A stretch of DNA of 64,000 bases from Amoebophrya sp. A120. Lineage: Eukaryota; Protista; Dinoflagellata. The stretch is from positions 6,180,476-6,244,475 of the forward strand of contig CAJINV010000002.1 in the NCBI GenBank assembly GCA_905178155.1, written 5' to 3'. The notes below the pieces were generated by a model that was not told the origin of the DNA, did not search any database, and worked only from the letters and a program-made list of their open reading frames with translations. The first letter of the stretch is position 1, and every line of letters starts with the position of its first letter. Of this stretch, positions 49,401 to 59,761 are shown one piece after another. Made by a program: the position numbers and the translations under genes.

Positions 49401-52400
49401 TGTGGGTTCTGCGCTCCGGCTGATGTTCCAAAATCCTCCTTTCGCTGGTCCCCTCCTGCTACCCCCGCCGCGTCACCCGAGTTGCCAATTTTGTTGCTCA
49501 CTCCCTTATTCGCCGAAGAACCTCCACCGTTGTTGTTCTCGTTCGCATTTTGCTGCTGGCTGCTGTGCCCGGTCAGCGACATCTTTTTCCCGGCCTCATC
49601 TCTGCTGTCCAGCATGAACTCCTATGGATTGTAAAAATGTCTGGGTCTGGAAGAATGGAAGGTCTGTCATGCTCTGCCAGCATGACGGCAAAGTCTGTCA
49701 TGCACGTTACCCAAGAGCCCTGTTTTTTGTCATGCATCGTATCGTATCGCTTTGACCTTTGACTCCTGTCAGGGTGGCGTTAGAACAGATTTAGCCTCTG
49801 CCAATACCGTGGCGTTAGAACAGATTTAGCCTCTGCCAATACCCCTAGGTGGACACCCGTTCCACGTCCTACAGGTACCACCCGACCGCATCCGCTGAAC
49901 CGTCATGCAGAAACGCAGTTTGTCATGCAGAATAGGCAACACCTCGAAGCTCAGAAATTTGTCATGCTGAGCCAGCACTTGTGGCCGCCTCATGATACGC
50001 CAATCAGCATCACAAGTTCCCAGACCCCGACATTTTTACATTTGATAACTCCAGATCCCCCACGATTTTCTCCGCCAGCCGCCACGACACCTCGGCGCCG
50101 TATTCTATGGAAAAACGTCCCCACTCCAGAGTCAAGATGGGGAATTGGCTAGACAAATCCACAAGCTTTGGCTGTTTTGCATGACAAATTTGGACTCGTA
50201 GTGAAGTACTGTTTGAGGTAGTTCACCAGCGTCACAGATCTAGTATATCATGCTGATTGTAGCATGACAAATTCCAAAACTCGACTAGAAAATGCGTCTT
50301 ATGGCGCTCCGCATGAGAAACATTTTCAGCATGCAGATTTGCATTACAACTATGGGGTGGGGACGTTTTTAAATACGATACGCCGATGGTTTTCTTCTCT
50401 TCAATCGAAATCCCGAATTCTGCCGTGGTGACCCAGCAGTTCAGGGGTAAAACCAAATTGAATACTTTCTCGGCCAAGTGCCGGCAGTCGATGAAGTCCA
50501 ACTCCTCCCGCCGATGGGTTAGGTCGTAGTAGATGTTGTCGTAAATCTCCGGGATCTTTGACGTGTCGAAAATGTACTTGGACTGATACGTTTTCACCTT
50601 CGAACTCGAGGGCACTAGGGGGGTCGTCGCGGACGAGCCTTGGTGCGGCAGGTGGTGGTCACCTCCAGGACCGCCAGACGTGACCACTATCCTGAGAAAA
50701 AACATTCCCAGCCCACAGTTGTAAAAATGCAAACCTGCATGCTAAAAATGTTTCTGATGCGGAGCCCCATGAGAAGCATTTTCTAGGCGCGTTTCGGGAT
50801 TTGCGATGCTCCAATCAGCTTGCTATCCTAGGTCTGTGATGCTGCTGAACTAGCTAAACAGGATTACACTACGAGGTCAAACGTGTCATGCGCAACAGCC
50901 AATGCTGGCTGATTTGTGTAGCAGGTTCCCTATCTTGACCATGGCGCGGGGACGTTTTCACTCAGGATAACCACGCCTGTCGCGCTGTGCGCGAGTTGCA
51001 CTTGTTTCGAGGTAGTCGACGCACGGGCTGTACGTATCAAATGCAAAAATGTCTGGGTCTTGAAGAGCCAAACTTGTGATGCTGCATTTGGATGCTAAAA
51101 AAACCTGCATTGCATGACCAGCAAGAGGATTAAAATTTGGCTACGCGGAGAGGGCATTTGTCATGCTGAATGCGCATAGATAAGCGCTCAAAAAATCTGT
51201 GATACTATGCCATACATCACAGACATCATGGACGATCATGGAAAATGTGCACGACAAAGTTGTGCTCTTCCAGACCCAGACATTTTTGCATTTAATAGCA
51301 CGATCACTCGGCTGAAAGGAGTTGGCGAAGGAAGTGGGGGCTGTGGTTGTCGTGTGGAGGTTTTGCTGGTTTGTTATTGTTTGCTGTTGTTTTAGTAGTC
51401 CACCTCCCGGTGGTGGTGCCATCATGCCCTGATAATTATTTCCTTGTTTGTTAATGCTTGAGGAAGAGCTGGAACTTGTAATTTGCTTCGTTGTAGCCAT
51501 TGAAGCTGCTCCACTACTAGAAGAACCGCCGGCCTTTTGTTCTACTGCCGAAGAGGGCGACTGTTGCACAGCCGTCCCCGAGTGGTCCGAGTGGTGCAGC
51601 GACGCAGCCGAGGAATGACTCCTAGGCGAAAGCAGCTTGTGGCCCTGATGTTTTTTCTTGTTCTGTGGTCCCGAAGTAGATGCTTGATCATGGTCGTCGC
51701 GTGGGCTGGTGCTCGACTGCGGACTCGCGGACTTCGTGGAGACTTTGGAAGTAGCACCGGAAGCAGCTGAGGAACTAGCCAAAGGTCTTCGCGACGATGT
51801 TGATGTTGTTCCATGATCAGCGGTTACCGGAGTGGCCAAAGTACTAGAACCTCGTGTTGATATCTGGTGCGAAGCAGTGGACGTCGATTCTGCTCCTGCG
51901 TAGTTGTCAGCAGGCGTGTGCATGCGACTGCTGTGGGCTGCAGAAGTTGATGCACCATCTCCGGTTCTTGTTGTAGAAGCACTACTACCTCCGCCCTTGT
52001 TCTTCGCACTCAGCCCAGCAGTAGAGGTCGAAACGTTATTCCCAGCTGCACCTGAAGAACTCGAGAAAGAAAGTTTCGCACCGAGATTCAAGTTTTTCAC
52101 CGCATTATTTCCGTTCCTCCCCATAATTCTATTCGTAGTTCCTGCTACTTTCGCGTCGCTGTTCGGACTCGAATCCACCCCTCGTGTGTCGTTCTCGTCG
52201 TCGGGCGAGTTGAAAGTGTAGTCACTTTCCCGGTGAAAAGAGCTCGTTTTTTCCGCGGGGCTCGACTTGTTCGTGGTCAGTTCGTTGCTGTCTGTAAAAA
52301 AATCGTCGCTGTCGATCGTCCTGCCGACGTTCGGACTGCTCCGGGCGTTCGTGCCCCGGCTTCGCAAGGGCCACGTGCGGTCGTTGGCTTCCAGTTCCTC

Positions 52401-55400
52401 CTTGTTTTCCATGTCGTCATCCTGCTGCGCCAGCTTGATCTCCCCTTGGAGTCTCTTCAAATCGGCCGGGTGCGGGCCCCGGCGGCCGAGCGCAAGTTCG
52501 ATGGTCCGGTCTCGCGGCTCGTCGTCATTTTCCCCGTCCTCAGGGTCGTCTACGTCTAGTACTTTGTCATCGAGAAAATTATTGTTGTTGTTCAAAGCAG
52601 TGGCTTTCGAACTGTTTTGTTCCTGTATCGGGTTCAAGTCCGATCTCGTTTGCAGCAGTGGCGGAACCAAACTTCCGTCCTCAGATCCGGAGTAGGTGAG
52701 TAACCCGCGAGATGAAATTTGTCCCACCGAACCACCGTCCTTGGAGGCTTTGGTCATGTCGAGGCCGCTGCCAGAGGAACTTACCCCTTTCATTACAGAT
52801 GCGTCGCTCCCTGTTGCGGAGGAGGTTGCGACGATTGACGTGTGGTCTACTCCAGCGCTTAATACTGCAGTGTTTAACATGTTATTGTCCAAATTATTGT
52901 AACCTGGTGCAGTCGTCCTAGTAGTGCCATTATTTCCCATCACACCATCGACAGGACCCACTGCACCGGAATTGCTTACAACTCCCGTGCTTAATTTCGT
53001 GCTCATAGTTGTGATGTGACCGCCTGCTCCATACTGCTCGTGCGAGCTCGTCCTCGTGTCCCGGACAAAGTTGGTCCCGCCGTCTAACGGAGTGGTCGCA
53101 GTTGTATTGTTCAACATCCCACCAGCCGCGACATTACTCGTCAACGTCGTTCCGCCGGTGGTGCTATCAACTGCAAAAACGTCTGGGTCTGGAAACTTGT
53201 AATGCTGCGTTGGGAACAGTGAATGCTCTGTAATGCACCACCAAGCATGAGAAATATCTGCGCTTCTTTGTGTTGCGTTTTTCGCATGACAAACTGCGTT
53301 TTTGCATGACAGGCAAAAGGGTCTCTTCTTGGACACGCATCACAAACTTTTTGGTCATGCCAGACAAGCATGACAAATCTCGCAATCTTCCAGACCCAGA
53401 CATTTTTGCATTTGATAGGTGCTGTGCTGGCCTCGGTTCACGTCCGACGGGGTTGCGGCGGTGGACTGAGCGGTGGATATGACCTGCTCAAACGTTACAA
53501 TCTCAAACGTTACAATAGAATCTGAATTTTATATTGCATAAAGAGCATGAGGAACGTGTAGAGAATTGAGCTTTTCGCAATACAAATTTCGCCGGATTTC
53601 AGGTAGGTTTGGGACTCCGAACCTTGTGATGCGCAATCCTATGGGAGGAGGCTAGATCATGCAGCTCTTGCATCACAGCTTTCCAGATTCTATTGTAACG
53701 TTTGAGATTGTAAAACCTGAGCGGGTTATAGTGGACTGTGCGGATTTTTTCGTCTCCGATTCCTTCACGAAGCCGAAGAGTAACTTTCGCCACCGGAACA
53801 GCAGCCTTTTCAAGATCATGTTCGATTTCCCCTTGTCGTCCAGCAGGCGGGGTAACTGCTGCGGATTCACCAAGTCCCGGTGCGGGCCGACTCCCCGCGG
53901 GGGCGGATGCTCGTTGTCGGAAGCCCCGCTGTCGTTGTCGCTGTCCTCGTTCACCTCGATGGAGCTGTGCACCCGGTCGATGAAAATCGTGATCTGCGAC
54001 ATCAGTTTTCGCAACAGCGCGTGCGGGGATTTGTACTGCTCCAGCATCACCCTCAACACGTGCGTTAAACCGGTCAACCGCGTTGCCGAGGGGACCATCC
54101 GCTCGATGAAGTCGTCGACGGAAGTGGTGAGCTCCTTCGTGTGCAACAGCGAGTCGATCTTCTTCTTCACCAGCTCCCGGCTGTGCTTCGGGATCGGCTC
54201 GTCGAGTAACTCCTGTGCCGTCCTGGATGTGGTCACCATGGAAACCAAGATCGGCGTCAAATCCCCCACGAGATCCAAAAACCCCTTGGTGAACGCGGCG
54301 GCGGTCACCTGGCACCGCCCCTCCAAGGAACTGTAGATTTTGAAGTTGTGGCGGAAGGTCGAGTGCAACGCGAGCAAGGACTCATTCGGCGGGTACAAAC
54401 ACATCCGCAATCGGCACCCCAGGTTTTCCGCCTGCTCCCGACCAACCTTCGTGATCTCGCCGCCCCACTTCGCAACCACCTGGATCTGCGTCACCCGGTT
54501 CGCGAGCCCGGGTTTGGAGCTGGGCGCGACGATGGGCTTCAATTGTACTTTCCTGTTCAGACCGGTGAATTTGTCGTGTAGGCACAAAATCTCCCGTAGC
54601 AACTCCATGTTGTGTCTTTCTCGGACCAACGTGTTCGCGTACGCGGAACTGGAGGTCGTGGAGCTCGATTTCTGCTGCTGTTGTTGTACCACCGCAACGG
54701 AAGTGGAGTTGTCTTCCTTGTCCGTCTGAGCTCGGTCTGCACCTTGATGAAAACCGCTTGATGTTCCGTATTGCAAGTTGATCGACTCGGTTAACTCCTC
54801 GATAATTCCTTCGACTTCAGCTAGCAACTTTTTCAAATCGTCCACCGACTTAATGGTGATTTCCTTTGTCTGCTCCTTCGGTAGCCAAGCTTTCTGCTGC
54901 ACGTGACTCCCGGACGAGGAAGCCGCCCCCGGGTCCTCCGGGGAGGAAGGATTCTTGTTCGTGGAGAGGGTGGACAAGTCGTTTTTGCTGGTGGAATTAA
55001 CATTCGCGTGGGCGCTCTGGCTGCTACTGCTTCCGGTCGCGCCAGAAATAACACCCACAGGAGCAGCTCCATTTGTGTGGCTGTTATTTTCCGCCCCGCT
55101 GTTGTTTCCGTTATTTATTTTCGCCCGCGCGGCGGCATTTTTGTCGTCCTCCTGTTCTTGCTTGTGCACTCGGAGAGTCCCGGAAATCAGGTTCGCGCCC
55201 GAGTTTGAGTTTTCCCGAGCGACCAAATCCGAGTCATCGTAACCCGTGTCGTTTTCTAACGATAACGAACCTTCTTCCTGCAGCTGCTGCGGAGATTTCC
55301 CGGAGCCTTTCCGCGGAACCAACTTTTCGACCGGAGATACAACGTTGTCGTTCGACGTGGTAATCTCGTCGGTGATCGTCAGCTGGCCGGGCTGTGATGT

Positions 55401-58400
55401 AAATCAAAATTTCACAAATCTAATTCCTAGATACTAGTGCGTACACTGCAGCTGCAGCTACACAGAAGTACAAAACGGTCAAGACTACAAAACAGAAAAA
55501 CCAAGTATAGTTACTCTCTTATACCCCAGCCGCCTTCTCTCCGAGTGCCAACCCGGCCTCCGCGGCAGAGGCTCGCACCGGGGTCCTGTCCACCGCGGAC
55601 GATGATGCCGTAGAGTCGTCCCTTCGCCCTGCCACAGTAGCGCTAGTACTACTGCTCGTCCCCGGCACGCCAGCTGCATTATTACTCCCCGCCGCGGCCC
55701 CGTCCTCACCCGCGGCGGCTGCCATTCTCGCGTTCCTCTTCCGCAAAATCATTTCCAAATTCCCCCCCATCCCGGCGTAAGCGTTCACCGTGCCATCTGG
55801 GTTTTCCGCGTTGGCCGCAATTGTTCCCGGTGGGGGTCCTTTGTACACGTACTGGAGAAAAATGGGGTGTTGCGTTCGGAACTTCAACTTCTCCTTCGGC
55901 TTCCGGTCTCCGTGCCGCATAATCACCAGCACCGATTTCAGCTCCCCCGTGTTCTCTTCTTCCTCCGTCGTGCCGAGAAAATTGGTCGGCTTCGCGCTCG
56001 ACATCCCATCCGCGAGCAAAGATGTGCTGTCACCGACCCCCGCTATAACGCGCTCAGCTGTTACAATCTACTCAAGCGTTACAATACAATATGGAGATCT
56101 GTGATGCAAGAGTGCATGATCTAGCCAACTCTCATAGGATTGCGCATGACAAGTTCCGGAGCTCCAAACCCGACTACAATCTGGCGAAATTTGTATTGCA
56201 GAGAGTGGAACGCTCTGCGAGTCTGTCATGCTCATCATGCAAGACAAATCTCAGACTCTACTGTAACGTTTGAGATTGTAACACCTGAGTGGGTTATACC
56301 CGCCGACGCGATATTCGGAAAGTACTCCGCGTCCGCGAACGTCTGTTGCACAATGTCCCGTGTCAACGCCGTCGCGGTTGACTGCGGCGCGGAGGCGGCG
56401 CGGTTCGGGTCGTGTTCCAAGTAGTTCAGGAGCGATAATCTTCGGTCCGCGTCCAACCCGCCGAAGACGCCGCTGGTCCGAACCGTTTGCTCTTTCAATT
56501 TGTCGTAGAAAAAACGCTATGGAATACAAAAGTATCGTACTCGTAGTAATTGCCATAAGGCATGACAAATCTTGTCCTTAAGGTAAAACAGCATGACAAA
56601 TTCCATTTGTCATGCTGAGCGACTTTGTAATGCAATTTATACTAGTACGATACTTTTGCAATGCATAAACGCTTCAGCTGCACCGCGGCGTCCGTGTAGT
56701 ACTTCTGGTTCGTCTTTCAAATGCAAATACGTCTGGGTCTGGAATAATTTCTAGGTTTGTCATGCATATTTTGCACGACCCATGATGCCTGTAGTGCATG
56801 ACTTAGCATCACAGATTTTTGGAAGGCTTCCTGATCCTGATGCCTATTCCGCATGACAAATCCCGTCTCCGCGTAGCACAATCTGGGCTCCTCTTGCTGG
56901 TCATGCAATGCAGATTTTTTTAGAATCCAAAAATAGCATGACACGTTTGGATCCTTCCAGACCCAGACATATTTGCAATGCATATCCCCTTCACGAAGCT
57001 CCACCCGTTCACGTCGCACACGACCGGGAAAAAGCCCTTCGTGCGCAGAATGTCGAACCCACACACCGCCTGACCGAACGCGTCCACGATGGTCTGCGCG
57101 ATCTGCTTCTCAATCTGGGACAGGATGATCGGGTAGCGGACCTCTTTCCCGTCCTTCGAGCGTTGCACCGCGCCGTCCACCGTCGGCGCCTTCCGCGCTT
57201 CCCCGTGACTGTAGTTGGGACCCAACGTGTAGACTTTGATGTCTGTGCCGCCCGTGGAGATGAAGGGTTCGTAGATGTAGGGCATGTTGTGCCGGACATA
57301 GTGGACGTCGGGATCGTATTCGGACGATTTGTTGTGCACTTTCCGGAACAACCTGTATAGGAGTTTGATTTATTGATCATGTCTTTATCCTGATTCGACA
57401 AGGATCGAGATACCCCGTCGAGCAGCACTGCAGCAGTTTCACGATTTCATTCGATGAGAGAAGATATGTGCATATCGAACCGGTCACCAGTTACTGCTAC
57501 CAATACCGTTTGATCCCCCCACCCGTGTTCATGGGGTAGTACACGTAGATATTGTGGTCGTCGCCGTCGATGGGCTTCTCGACAAACGGTTTGTACACCT
57601 TCTGCCCGTCCCACACAATGTAGTCCACCGTCTCCTGAAACCGGTTCGCGTCGTTGTGGTCGGTTACCAACACGTAATTCGGGGAAGGGATGGAAAACTC
57701 CCGCAATTTTTCGTAGACAAAGTGCCGATTTCTCAACAAACTCTGTTTGTTCAGCGCATTGATTTCTATCGGCTTCCGCAATTCCACGTACTGACAGGCT
57801 TTTTCCAAGGGGAAGCCGATGGAGTCAAACGAGATCAAACAGTCCACCACCGGCCACAGCTCGCATCAAGGTGAAAAATGCCCCCACCTCCGAACTTGGG
57901 AGCATTTGTATTGCAAACCTTTCCCAACGAAACACTCGCCCTCTTGCATCTATCAGCATCAGAGATTTCCAATCGTGAATCTGAATAGCAAAAATTTGTA
58001 TTGCAAAAGACCCCAGCAAGAGTGGCGCATGTCATGCAAGCGATGCGTTACACGCCTAGAATCTGCTGCATCAGAAAGATTCATACTGATACGCATAGGC
58101 AACATACTTCTTTCATGCATGACAAAAAGTTTGCATTTGGAAACTTCGCATCACAAGTTTTTGCGACTTTGGGCGTGGGGGCATTTTTCACAGTAATAGT
58201 TCGATCGGCTCGTTCAGGATGGTCTCCTCCGCGAAAATTTCCAGGCGGAAGAAGCTCTGCAACCGGCGCAAAATGTTCTGCATCGGTGTGGACGAGGCTT
58301 TGTTCGCCATGCAGCAGATTCCCAGCGACGGTAAAGATTGCTGGTCAACAACTTGGAGGTTGGTGTTGTTCGACGTCGTTGTGGTGTCACCCAAAGTATG

Positions 58401-58601
58401 ATCGCCGGTCAAGCTGGTGCTCCGGGTATTGAAAGCGCTAGTCGTGTCAAGATTGACCATTGACCCGTTACTGCCACCTCCGTTTGATGCAGTGGCCGTT
58501 GGGTTCAGAACTTGTGATGCATTCGTCGCATTGGTCGCGGAAGAGGAGCTCGCGGCGGACCGCGGCTCGGCCGAAATGTACGCGTTCGGGGGCGCGTCCA
58601 T
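46436..58601 (-). CDS. VIP1: PPIP5K/Vip1 inositol-pyrophosphate kinase-phosphatase, ~3020 aa; 10 introners plus GT-AG introns 55392-55524 and 57353-57506
   Basis: EPIE|[21 protein letters not shown]; [20 protein letters not shown]; GGGIKR|LFRK; GTDIKVYT; [10 protein letters not shown]; [10 protein letters not shown]; AKWGGE; SKIPEIYD. The spliced length is 9063 nt, which is 3021 codons. Confidence 0.95.
49623..50047. mobile_element. Introner family A2, 425 bp including a nested insertion, TSD ACTCC
   Basis: Family A TIRs. 425 - 165 - 8 = 252 bp, the length of the 20511 copy. Join GDLE|FMLDS. Confidence 0.95.
49737..49901 (-). mobile_element. 165-bp nested insertion with 8-bp TSD GTCATGCA; SINE/LINE-3'-end-like
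   Basis: Absent from sister copies. Has no TIR, a 35-bp tandem duplication, and a short (GATAC)n-type tail on the minus strand. Confidence 0.75.
50101..50380. mobile_element. Introner family C, 280 bp, TSD CGCCG
   Basis: Inverted relative to the 16798 and 50688 copies. Join KTIG|AEVSWRL. Confidence 0.92.
50688..50969. mobile_element. Introner family C, 282 bp, TSD ACCAC
   Basis: tatcctgagaaaaaac / gttttcactcaggata. Join TGVV|TSGG. Confidence 0.92.
51035..51297. mobile_element. Introner family A, 263 bp, flanks GTACG/GCACG
   Basis: Family A TIRs; in-frame join. Confidence 0.92.
53165..53417. mobile_element. Introner family A2, 253 bp, TSD GGTGC
   Basis: Family A TIRs. Join QHST|TGGTT. Confidence 0.95.
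53478..53730. mobile_element. Introner family D, 253 bp, TSD GTGGA
   Basis: TIR contains a repeated gttacaat; reverse-complement homolog of the 56044 copy; in-frame join. Confidence 0.93.
56044..56298. mobile_element. Introner family D, 255 bp, TSD CCCGC
   Basis: tataacgcgctcagctgttacaatc / gattgtaacacctgagtgggttata. Join ASAG|VGDST. Confidence 0.93.
56518..56667. mobile_element. Introner family G, 150 bp, TSD AACGC
   Basis: tatggaatacaaaagtatcgtact / agtacgatacttttgcaatgcata. Join QLKR|FFYDKL. Confidence 0.92.
56715..56984. mobile_element. Introner family A, 270 bp, flanks TCGTC/TCCCC
   Basis: Family A TIRs with the left end mutated to tttc. Join SFVKG|NQKYY restores the Vip1 kinase motif. 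Confidence 0.9.
57864..58198. mobile_element. Introner family F, 335 bp, flanks GCTCG/GTTCG
   Basis: catcaaggtgaaaaatgcccccac / gtgggggcatttttcacagtaata. Join EPIE|LWPVVD. Confidence 0.9.
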
Positions 58602-59761
58602 GGCTCGTCTCGTCGGGGGATCAGTTACAATAGGTTTGAACTATGCCATCGTGGTGGAAAGAGACTGGTTGTACATGGGTAGCACAAGTCGAGGAATTAT
58701 ACATGTTGGGGATGGGGAAGCCATGTTACTCTATTCGACGAGTTAGAAAAATTGTTTGGTAAGCCGGCGTAGTTTAACAACTACGTCATTAGATATGCGA
58801 AACAAACCCGAAATACTATACCTCCGGCAATAATCTCCCGATCTAGTACTTTTTCACAGACCTAAGAGGATATTACACCTGCCTTGTTCCAGCACTCGGA
58901 CCACCCCCTGTCGATTTGAGTAGACCAGAGCGAATTAGACTCGCAGCCGTCACAAGTCGCAAGAACAGCGAGAAGACCCAGAAGAAAAAGGACACAGTAA
59001 GAGTGAGATCACAAAAAAATCGACAGACAGGAAACAAATCACCTCCACGCACTCAAATAAACAGTTCTAGCTCTTTTAACGGCATCGCCTCGATCTCAAA
59101 AATCAGTCGTGTGCCAGTTGATCGCGTTCTCCTGCTCTCGCCACGAAGTATGCCAGCTGTAGTGGAGTAGATCTTCTCCAAGTCAATGAACTTTTAGCTT
59201 TTGCACGATGAAATTGAGAGTAGATAGTGTACGTGTACTAACAAGCGGATCCACATATAGGAAAAGAAATGCTGCCAAACGAAAAGTCACAACAGATCAT
59301 CTTCACACAGACACACACACGAAACTTTCACGATCGAACTGATTGACCACGACTTTTTGGCAAACACGACGTGCATCAGTTGCCCGTTTCTTCTCAGAGT
59401 CAGACCATGCACGCCAAAGCGAAAGCGAAGTCTCGCCGTGATGGTTGATTTAGATTTATTTGTTTTTACTATGATATGAACTCGCACAACTTCAAAACAG
59501 ACATCATAATCATTTTTGGGAGGACAAGAAATAAAAGGCTTTTTAGGCCTTACTACATCTTCATCGTCAAGAAGTTGTGGATCACGAAAAGATCCCTCCG
59601 TCGTGTCGCAACACAGGGCGCTCGTCAGTTCTTGTGCCAGAAAAAGCCATTTCTCAACGTGGTCACTGCGCCGAGCACGCGAACAATCTGTATCTGAATC
59701 ACAACACCTTTTCCAGAAGAAAGACCCCGCCAGAACTACTCTGCAGCAGCTTTCTTATCCT

